A model generated the notes under the pieces. The model was given only the letters and a program-made list of their open reading frames with translations, was not told where the DNA came from and did not search any database. The position numbers were made by a program, and so were the translations under genes. A stretch of DNA of 64,000 nt from Myxococcota bacterium (GTDB lineage Bacteria > Myxococcota_A > UBA9160 > SMWR01). The DNA is taken from NCBI GenBank assembly GCA_022447545.1, contig JAKVBI010000014.1, positions 34,336-98,335 on the forward strand, given 5' to 3'. Positions 56,990 through 64,000 of this stretch are shown here, in pieces (the stretch's first letter is position 1; each line of letters opens with the position of its first letter).

Positions 56990-58150
56990 TCAGAGCAGGG
57001 GTGAAACCCTCTTTCGGACAGCCGGGTCGCGGAAACGGAAGAGACAGCGGTCGCAGTAGTAGTGAAGCAGTTGCTCGGCCAGGAAGACTCCCAACACGAG
57101 CCCGACGATGAGCGCGAACTGCGGAGGGACCTGTCCCAGGATCTCTTTGTAGTCTCCGCCGCTGAATTTATTGAACATGAAAAAGTAGTGGTGAAAGATC
57201 GCGGCGACGACGACGATCAGGCTTAGAGCACGAACGTGTCGGTAAAGCGACCCAGGAGCTCCGAATCCCAGGGTGCGGTAGTAGTTGGTGTTGATGAGTC
57301 CAACGAGGCCGATCGCGATGAGCCAATGGCTCCAGAAATAGGAAATGATGTAGAAGAAGGCGAGTTTGTAGTGTGTAAAGTACAGAATCGCCGGGTGTGC
57401 AAGCATTACGAAGTAGTACAGCAGCTTCGGGATCGAGGTGTCGCCTTTCGCGATCTCGATCCCCATCACCACGAGGGTCAGAGCTACCGCCGCTATCAGC
57501 GCGATCTCGGCGCCTACCGCTACGAAGTCGCGACTCAGTGGCACATAGCTGAAGAAAGCTTCCTGGAACGGAGAGTTGGTGACGGCTTTCAGGTAAACGA
57601 AGGGTTGGATCACGAACATCATCACGACTGCGAACCCCTTGTCGATCAAACGGTCGCGGCGTCCGGTCTGCCCCGCCTTCAAGCGATAGATCGACAGGAC
57701 TCCGAAATCCTGATTGCCGAAGTGCCAGAAATGGCCCACCCAGAACAGACCGAGGTAGACCCCCCAGAGCCACTGTGATGAGGTCAAGGGGAAGGTGTGC
57801 GGGAATGCATCGTATACGCCGATCCCCACGCCTAGAAGAAGCGAGAATCCCACGACGGCCAGTGGGATGTAGGTCCACTTTCGGCGGTCGAGACGTCTTT
57901 CTTCACGGAGTAGAGGCGAAGCGACCACCATATAGGTCGTGGACCAAGAGTGGGAGATTGCAAGGTAGACGTTCACTGCAAATAGCAGAGATGCCGCGGC
58001 CTCCATGCCGATCCCAGCGGTCAACCCGAGGAATAGTGCACAGCCCCAAAGAGCTGAGAACATCCAAAACAGGTCCCAGGGAGCCGAGCGAACCCAGCCC
58101 CTAGGGGAGGTCCGGAATGTAGGAACCGTCGTCGCCGTATCAGTTGCCAT
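56990..58150 (-). CDS. polytopic integral membrane protein of unknown function
   Basis: 386 aa with about 10 hydrophobic segments. Contains conserved-looking WVGHFWHFGNQDFGV. No family recognised. Confidence 0.65.
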   Translation of the reverse strand: MATDTATTVPTFRTSPRGWVRSAPWDLFWMFSALWGCALFLGLTAGIGMEAAASLLFAVNVYLAISHSWSTTYMVVASPLLREERRLDRRKWTYIPLAVVGFSLLLGVGIGVYDAFPHTFPLTSSQWLWGVYLGLFWVGHFWHFGNQDFGVLSIYRLKAGQTGRRDRLIDKGFAVVMMFVIQPFVYLKAVTNSPFQEAFFSYVPLSRDFVAVGAEIALIAAVALTLVVMGIEIAKGDTSIPKLLYYFVMLAHPAILYFTHYKLAFFYIISYFWSHWLIAIGLVGLINTNYYRTLGFGAPGSLYRHVRALSLIVVVAAIFHHYFFMFNKFSGGDYKEILGQVPPQFALIVGLVLGVFLAEQLLHYYCDRCLFRFRDPAVRKRVSPLL

Positions 58151-58384
58151 ATCGGTTCCGAAAGTCTCTCATTCTCGAAGCCGTCGTGCCAACTTCCGTG
58201 AGAGTCCTTGGGCGGAGTGCTTGAGGCCGACTGCAGGTTTGGAGCTTCCTTCCACCTGCAGGAACGATCAGGCGCATCCGAGCTGTCGCCAGGGCTGACC
58301 CGGAATTGGCAGACGAAGCGGGCGAGGCAGTTCGAGTCGCGGGAAGTCCGGGGCTCGACTCGGCGCTTCGAGGGGCCCCCGGCC

Positions 58385-59659
58385 TCAGTCCCTGGGAGCG
58401 CGAATATCGAACATTCGCGCCGCATTCTCACCGAGGACCTTGACCCGAGTTTCTTCTCTCAATTCTCCCATGGTTCGCTCGATGGCGGCAGCCGAGTGGG
58501 GCCACGTGCCTTCGTGATGCGGGTAGTCGTTGGCCCACATCACGTTGCTCGTTAGGCCTCGTTCTTCGACTAGGGCAAGACCAGCCGGATCGATTTGGAA
58601 GGTTGCGAAGCAGTTGCTGCGAAAATATTCGCTGGGCAACCGCGGTAGGACGGGACGCACCCACATGTGATGGGCTCGGTGGGCGTGATCCATGGCCTCG
58701 AGGAGCCAGGGAACCCAGCCGATACCGCTTTCGACTGTTCCCACCCGTAGAGTCGGATGGCGTTCTAGAACCCCGGACGCAATGACCTGGACCAGAGGCT
58801 CCATGGTGGTTTCCATGGAGTGCGACACGTAGTTGATGATCGCTCCGCCGTTTCCCGAAACCGCACGAGGGTCTCTTCCTGTGGAAACGTGGAACGTGAT
58901 GGGAAGGCCGACTTCTTCGAGTCGCGACCACAAGCCTTCGAGACTCGGATCGTTGTACATCAATTCGCCGGCGCGGACGGGTCCATAGATCGGTTTGTTG
59001 GGAAGTAGGAACCCCTTGAATCCCTTTTGCGTGGCCCATTCGATTTCTGCATAGGTTCCTTCGAGGTCTCCCGTCGAAAGCATCGCCATGGGGAGCATGC
59101 GGTCGAAAGCGTCCCCGTATTCGTCGAGAGCCCAGCGGTTCCAAACCCGGCACATCGCCATGGCGAACACCGGATCGGGGGTCGCGTATCCCAGTAGCCC
59201 TTTGTTGGGAAAGATGATTTCAGCATCGATTCCATCGGCTGCATTGTCTCGATCGCGATTTTCGATGCCGACGCCAGCTTGATTCCGGAGTAGATCCTCC
59301 TCTTCCATTCGGGAGGAATAGGGGAGGGCCATGCTCGATTTTTCGAAGGGTTGTCGCTCTTGGACTTGTGCCTTCTTTTTCCAGTCCTTCCCGGGTTTCA
59401 CGAGTTGCGGACGGTTTCCTTCGATGACCATGTACCGTGAGCCATCTTCTCGCGTTTCGATCCGCGGGATTCGATTTCGGTATTTAGGCTCAATTCTCTC
59501 AGCCATGTATTTCGCCGGCTCACAGGCGTGGCTGTCCGCCGACACCATCAAGTATTTGTTCGGGGTTCCCGGTCGAGCGCTGCCCTGCCATTCCGGTGCG
59601 CCTGGTGTTTCTTGGCGCCACGCGTTTCGCATCGTCGGAGGTTGGGGATTGGTGCTCAT
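58385..59659 (-). CDS. amidohydrolase-2 family metal-dependent hydrolase
   Basis: MVSADSHACEP (HxH-type start), ...IFPNKG..., HVSTG and ANDYPHHEGTWP motifs. Confidence 0.85.
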   Translation of the reverse strand: MSTNPQPPTMRNAWRQETPGAPEWQGSARPGTPNKYLMVSADSHACEPAKYMAERIEPKYRNRIPRIETREDGSRYMVIEGNRPQLVKPGKDWKKKAQVQERQPFEKSSMALPYSSRMEEEDLLRNQAGVGIENRDRDNAADGIDAEIIFPNKGLLGYATPDPVFAMAMCRVWNRWALDEYGDAFDRMLPMAMLSTGDLEGTYAEIEWATQKGFKGFLLPNKPIYGPVRAGELMYNDPSLEGLWSRLEEVGLPITFHVSTGRDPRAVSGNGGAIINYVSHSMETTMEPLVQVIASGVLERHPTLRVGTVESGIGWVPWLLEAMDHAHRAHHMWVRPVLPRLPSEYFRSNCFATFQIDPAGLALVEERGLTSNVMWANDYPHHEGTWPHSAAAIERTMGELREETRVKVLGENAARMFDIRAPRD

Positions 59660-59912
59660 GCGAATGTTGCCCTTTCGGGTTTAAATGAATCCCAATCAAG
59701 TCGCTTCCCGGGCGCGTGCCCTGGCGCGTTGTGCACGGGGTCAGAATGTCCTGATCCCCAAGCCTCGTCAATCGCATTTCCTTCGGAAGGTGTGTGCTTG
59801 GGTTCGCGCGTGAAAATGGTTCCGTGTTTCACCGGGGCGATGCGTGAACTTCTGGCGAGGTTCGACCGGGTAGCGTCGGTGGTGCTATGGACCCCAGCCC
59901 CTCACGTCGGAG

Positions 59913-60914
59913 CTACCGAAAAGCGATGGTCAGAACCATCATGAAAAGTGCGGGGTAGACAAAGCGTGCGGCGATGTCGATCTGCCTCGCGAGTTTGAGG
60001 CGTCGGTCCTCTCGGGCCAGGATGCCTGTTACGACGGCCTCTCCGAGTGCGCCAAAGACAAGGAGCATGCACCCCATCAGGTAGAAGTCTGCCCGGGTGA
60101 GGTATGAGATGGGCGGGAGGATGTTGCTTAAGGCAAAGTTGTAGGCGATGAGCGTGAAGACTGCACTGGTTGCGATCCCGATCTGGGTGGCGAGCACTGT
60201 CGGGTCGAGCCAGAAGACGGTGTAGGCCATGAGGACGATGAGTCCCAGCGGGATAAAAAGCTTCCAGGCAAAGAACAATCCGCTGCGCTGAGCCGAATAG
60301 GTTGCGGTGATCGTCGCGTAGGAATGGATGCCATCCGGAGCGAGTTGCTTTCCGTCGCTCAAGCTTTGGGGTGCGACATTCCACCCAGCGACAGTAAAGC
60401 TTCTCATTTTTCCCGAGCGCGATGGATCTGGGATGAGTACTCGATTGCGATGGTCCAGAGTTCCGATTTCGACTTCGAAGGTCTGGATGTCCATTGGAAA
60501 GTCCTTGAGATTCATCGGTATGCTGAGCGTTCCCTGGTAGCGTTGGCGAAAAATGACTCTTCCTTTTCGGTCAACATCCACCAGGGGTTCGAATCTCTCC
60601 TTCAAGTTTCGACCATTGATGACGAAGAGACGCGGTGAATCGACTTGGGCGAGTGGGAGTACCCGGAGTTCTGGAGCACCGGGGTCAGCGAGATCGTTCT
60701 GTTGCCAGCTTGCAATGATGGCGAAGTCCACTACGACCGACTGCTGAAGTTCCTGGATTTCGGAGATGTCCAGGACATAGACTCCGACCTCGACCGGAAG
60801 TGGTTGCGTAGATGTGCCGTTGGCCGCGGTACCCATTGCGATGCCCGCGAACAAAACAAGGAGCCTCTTCCATCGATGTGAAGAGTATTTTTCGTCGGGC
60901 TCCTCGGTTCTCAT
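59913..60914 (-). CDS. prokaryotic pentameric ligand-gated ion channel (pLGIC, GLIC/ELIC-like)
   Basis: After ATG 60914 there is a signal peptide and a beta-rich extracellular domain of about 200 aa with LKDFPMDIQTFEVEIG (FPxD 'Cys-loop' equivalent). Four TM helices follow, with a very short M3-M4 loop. Confidence 0.75.
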   Translation of the reverse strand: MRTEEPDEKYSSHRWKRLLVLFAGIAMGTAANGTSTQPLPVEVGVYVLDISEIQELQQSVVVDFAIIASWQQNDLADPGAPELRVLPLAQVDSPRLFVINGRNLKERFEPLVDVDRKGRVIFRQRYQGTLSIPMNLKDFPMDIQTFEVEIGTLDHRNRVLIPDPSRSGKMRSFTVAGWNVAPQSLSDGKQLAPDGIHSYATITATYSAQRSGLFFAWKLFIPLGLIVLMAYTVFWLDPTVLATQIGIATSAVFTLIAYNFALSNILPPISYLTRADFYLMGCMLLVFGALGEAVVTGILAREDRRLKLARQIDIAARFVYPALFMMVLTIAFR

Positions 60915-61024
60915 GGTTTGCGTGTCGATGGGGCTCGGTTTCAACTGGACGTCTCGATTGCTTTGGCCTGGTCCGTTCCAGCACTCGGTGCGTCCCAGTT
61001 GCTGTGCACAAGCCGCGATGGCGT

Positions 61025-61753
61025 CTATTTTCGTGCGACGGCCAGCAAGTTCTGTGTGAATACCGCTCGCCGACCCGTATCTCCAGATTCCGCAGCCAGG
61101 TAGACCCTGAGGATGCCTCGAATCAATTTCCAGATGATCCAGCGTCCCAGGCTCTTGAGTGTTTGGGGTGTTGGTGCCCATTCGTAGCACTCCACCCCTT
61201 TAAAGCCCGATGCGAGAAGAAGAGCCGGAAGAGAGTCACGCGTGAATGCGATTTCGTGTGTGAGGTCTCCGTAACGCACTCTGCCAAACAAAGGCGATTC
61301 GCCATTGGGGACCTTGATCAGCCAACGGCCACCGGGTCGGAGGACTCGGAATACCTCGTCTACGAGAGCAATGAGTTCGTCGCGAGTCTGGTGCTCCAAG
61401 ACATCGATGGCCAGAATCAGATCCTGAGAGGAGTCCGTGAGTCCAGCGAGGGTGTCCATCAGGCCTCCCTGTGAGACTCCTTCGACACCGAGGCGCGCGG
61501 CTTCATCGACCTGCTCCTGCGAGAGGTCGACACCGCGGAGGTTGCGATACCCCTCGCGCTGAGCGTAGTAGAGGACTCCTCCATACCCACAACCCAGGTC
61601 GATGCCCACGGCGTCGCGGTCGTCGGGGAAGTGTTTCTCGATCATCGCACGGGTGGGTCCAGCGCGTGCGCGCAGGCCGGCTTCGCCCACGGTTCCAGCC
61701 TGGCCATCCGTGATGTACGACTCGTAGATTCGCGATCGGTAGTCGGACGACAT
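61025..61753 (-). CDS. class I SAM-dependent methyltransferase
   Basis: ATG 61753. AVGIDLGCGYGGVLYY (motif I) and LRPGGRWLIKVPN. Confidence 0.8.
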   Translation of the reverse strand: MSSDYRSRIYESYITDGQAGTVGEAGLRARAGPTRAMIEKHFPDDRDAVGIDLGCGYGGVLYYAQREGYRNLRGVDLSQEQVDEAARLGVEGVSQGGLMDTLAGLTDSSQDLILAIDVLEHQTRDELIALVDEVFRVLRPGGRWLIKVPNGESPLFGRVRYGDLTHEIAFTRDSLPALLLASGFKGVECYEWAPTPQTLKSLGRWIIWKLIRGILRVYLAAESGDTGRRAVFTQNLLAVARK

Positions 61754-61869
61754 GGTGTGGGTTCGAAGATATCGCCGACCTGGACGGATCGCGAACAGAT
61801 CCAATACTCACGCGAGATCCGAATCGGCAGCATTCATCAACGTCAAGGCGCCCAGAGAAGCTCGTGGGA

Positions 61870-62514
61870 TCAGAAGGGAGGCGGTGCGTGGAATGTGAGG
61901 GGGGCGCCATTTCGGGGGTGAAGAAACCCCAGTTCGGTGGCGTGGAGCTTCAACTGTGCGGGGCCTGTGCCATTTCCGTATAGGGGGTCGCCGACGATTG
62001 GAATTCCGAGACCCCGCTCATGGGCAGCGTGAACCCGGAGCTGATGGGTTCGTCCTGTAATGGGGGTGAAGGCGACCCGGGTGAATTCTCCTTCGATACC
62101 CAGGCGCTCCCAGTGGGTAATGCCCATTTTTCCGTGGATTTCATCATAGATTTGGTAGGGGCGCCGGTCGATATCGAGACGGAAAGGGAGGCGCAAAGTG
62201 CCGCATTGTTCCGAGAGTATGCCCTCCAGTAGGGCGATGTAGCGCTTGCTCGTCTGTCGACGCTGGAACTGACGTGAAAGGTTGCGGTGAGAATCACTGT
62301 CGAGAGCCACGACCATCAGTCCTGAGGTGTCCATATCGAGGCGATGAACTGCCGGCTGTTCGATGCAGTGTGGGAAGAGGTTCCGAACTCGGTTGCTGAC
62401 ACAGTCGGTTTTGTCGGGGCCTCGGCCTGGCACCGAGAGCAGGCCGCTGGGTTTGTTGATGACGACGAAGCAGGAATCTTCGCTGACGATGTGGAGTCCA
62501 GAGTCTATCGTCAT
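61870..62514 (-). CDS. RluA-family pseudouridine synthase (catalytic domain only)
   Basis: FVVINKPSGLLSVPG and the catalytic HRLDMDTSGLMVVA motif. ATG 62514 overlaps the upstream stop (ATGA). Confidence 0.85.
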   Translation of the reverse strand: MTIDSGLHIVSEDSCFVVINKPSGLLSVPGRGPDKTDCVSNRVRNLFPHCIEQPAVHRLDMDTSGLMVVALDSDSHRNLSRQFQRRQTSKRYIALLEGILSEQCGTLRLPFRLDIDRRPYQIYDEIHGKMGITHWERLGIEGEFTRVAFTPITGRTHQLRVHAAHERGLGIPIVGDPLYGNGTGPAQLKLHATELGFLHPRNGAPLTFHAPPPF

Positions 62515-63281
62515 GACCGTCTGCAATCGTCATCATCAAGTCCGCACAATAGGAAGCCCAACAAGGGTCGGCAGCGGCTCTCACAAACGGGGAAGAACTG
62601 GCCTCGTCGTCGATGCCGAGACGAATTTTCACCACACCAATAGAACTCTGCGAGGCCAAGGGGTCTCAGGCCGTAGCGTGCTGCGTAGTCGAGGAGTTTC
62701 GGGGCGCAGCATTCGCCGACCCCACCTGGAACGGGGGAATCATTTGACAGTGCTTTACGCAGGGGACGTGATCCGCCGCGGAAATTGTGGAATCGATATC
62801 GCTGCTGCATCTCTTCGAAGAGGTTCTGTGAGATTTTTCTACGTTGCGCGGCACGAGCCTGATGGGCTTTTTCGTCGATGGGGATTCGTTCGAGTTCGGC
62901 GCTCAATCGTTCGATCCGTTTTCGCGTAGGCTCGACGAGGCCATAGTAGGTGTCGGAACTGAGAATTGGGGGGACCCAGCCCTCTACCTCGCGAATTCCT
63001 CGAGGGAGCGATGAAAAGGCACGTAGAACTCGCGTTGCTCCATGCTCGTCCTGGCACTCGAGGACGCCGAACATGTTGCCTTGTTCACCCGCGAAGATTC
63101 GGTCGAACGAGAGTGCGGGGTCAGCAGATGCCTTCGAAGTGAGATAGTCGAGACGCTGGATTCGTTCGAATTCCCGCATCAATTTCAGCGCGTATATGCG
63201 CGCGTTTCCCTCTGGAAGGGAATGCTCCCGCTCGCAGTCACGGCAATAGCCAGAACAGGAAAAATCGTTCTCTCGGCTCAT
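62511..63281 (-). CDS. Cys-rich protein coupled to the RluA-family gene
   Basis: 256 aa. N-terminal CSGYCRDC, GNMFGVLECQDEHGATRVLRAFSS, GECCAPKLL and FPVCESRCRP motifs. From memory, this resembles the N-terminal extension of long RluA-family proteins in other bacteria (unverified). Confidence 0.6.
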   Translation of the reverse strand: MSRENDFSCSGYCRDCEREHSLPEGNARIYALKLMREFERIQRLDYLTSKASADPALSFDRIFAGEQGNMFGVLECQDEHGATRVLRAFSSLPRGIREVEGWVPPILSSDTYYGLVEPTRKRIERLSAELERIPIDEKAHQARAAQRRKISQNLFEEMQQRYRFHNFRGGSRPLRKALSNDSPVPGGVGECCAPKLLDYAARYGLRPLGLAEFYWCGENSSRHRRRGQFFPVCESRCRPLLGFLLCGLDDDDCRRS

Positions 63282-63373
63282 TCACCCGTTTCCGTAGCGC
63301 GCAGAAGTTTTTTTCGGGGTCGGCAGTGACAGGAAGTTCGCGGTTGATGGACTGGGTCCTTCTCGACAGTCCT

Positions 63374-64000
63374 TCATACGATTTTCGATCCGGTCCGGCC
63401 CCAGTAGGTGTCTTTGATGAGTCGCTTGTAGAGTTTGCCCGTGGGAAGTCTCGGGAGTTCGTCCATGAAGTCGAGACTTCGAGGGCATTTGTAGTGGGCG
63501 ATGTTCTCTCGTGCGTATGTGAGGAGTTCTTCCGCCAGGGCATCGCTCGCTTCGACTCCTGAAACGGTTTGTACGACGGCTTTGACCTCCTCGCCCATCT
63601 CTTCGTTGGGTACGCCGATCACCGCAACATCGGCCACGCTTGGGTGCATGATCATGGCGTCTTCGATTTCCTGGGGATAGATGTTGACGCCACCGCTGAT
63701 GATCATGAAAGTCGCGCGGTCCGTCAGAAACAGGAAGCCTTCTTCGTCCACATAGCCGACATCACCAAGCGCAGTCCAGTTGGGGTGCTTTGGATGCTGG
63801 GCGTCTCGGGTCTTCGTTTCATCTTTGTGATAGGAGAAATTCATCTCGGGTAATTCGAAGTAGACGATGCCCGCCTCGCCAGGAGGGAGTTCTTGTCCCT
63901 CGTCATCGCAGATGTGGATCGTTCCCAGAATGGAACGGCCCACGGTACCGGGATGAGTCAGCCATTCTTCGGGTGACGCAAGGGTGATTCCGTTCAGTTC
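63374..64000 (-). CDS. AMP-dependent acyl-CoA synthetase/ligase (3' part; gene runs off the window end)
   Basis: GDVGYVDEEGFLFLTDR, IISGGVNIYPQEIE and PRLPTGKLYKR are the C-terminal ANL-superfamily motifs. The frame stays open to position 64000. Confidence 0.85.
   Translation of the reverse strand, partial: ELNGITLASPEEWLTHPGTVGRSILGTIHICDDEGQELPPGEAGIVYFELPEMNFSYHKDETKTRDAQHPKHPNWTALGDVGYVDEEGFLFLTDRATFMIISGGVNIYPQEIEDAMIMHPSVADVAVIGVPNEEMGEEVKAVVQTVSGVEASDALAEELLTYARENIAHYKCPRSLDFMDELPRLPTGKLYKRLIKDTYWGRTGSKIV

Noticed and set aside
1-64000. Search for CRISPR arrays, IS elements/transposases, integrases, rRNA or tRNA genes
   Set aside because: I saw no spaced direct repeats, no transposase- or integrase-like ORFs and no tRNA/rRNA-like conserved motifs. 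This was a scan by eye, so short or degenerate elements could be missed.

Overview
GC-rich (about 60% by eye), densely coding bacterial chromosomal segment with about 55 protein-coding genes on both strands. I found no rRNA, tRNA, CRISPR array, transposase or integrase. AsmA, DsbB-like, lipobox and PEP-CTERM features point to a Gram-negative organism (inference).

Gene content:
- Lipid and xenobiotic catabolism dominates: four acyl-CoA dehydrogenases, a CoA-transferase, an acyl-CoA synthetase, several SDRs, an LLM oxidoreductase, two amidohydrolase-2 enzymes, PhyH, VOC/extradiol dioxygenases, an aldo-keto reductase, two GSTs and an esterase.
- Envelope and secretion functions are interleaved with these: an RND/MMPL transporter, AsmA, an M48 protease, a reprolysin-like protease, PEP-CTERM cargo, glycosyltransferases and SGNH hydrolases.
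- There are two ion channels: a K+ channel and a prokaryotic pentameric ligand-gated channel.

Main finding: two thioredoxin-fold redox genes are split in the ORF track by in-frame TGA codons that fall exactly on redox-motif cysteines. Each TGA is followed by a SECIS-like hairpin at about the canonical spacing.
- A DCC/DUF393 homolog at 43194-43586 reads DGD-TGA-IP-TGA, a candidate UxxU protein.
- A PRX-like2 peroxiredoxin-like protein at 48428-49573 reads FYRGFW-TGA-PPC. It also carries an extra N-terminal domain and a C-terminal membrane domain.
- No Sec machinery (selA/B/C/D) is present in this window, so the call is inference until the rest of the genome is checked.

Secondary observations:
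- A DsbB-like protein lacks the second cysteine pair and is coupled to a 52-aa membrane peptide.
- Two secreted proteins share a VP-x-LP + TM + basic C-terminal tail.
- A sulfatase paralog is truncated and frameshifted.
- A 570-bp stretch shows coding-like signal in three frames around G8/G6 tracts.
- A Cys-rich partner ORF is coupled to an RluA-family pseudouridine synthase.

Start codons were refined by hand from Shine-Dalgarno-like motifs. Functional calls rest on recognised sequence motifs, not on database searches.
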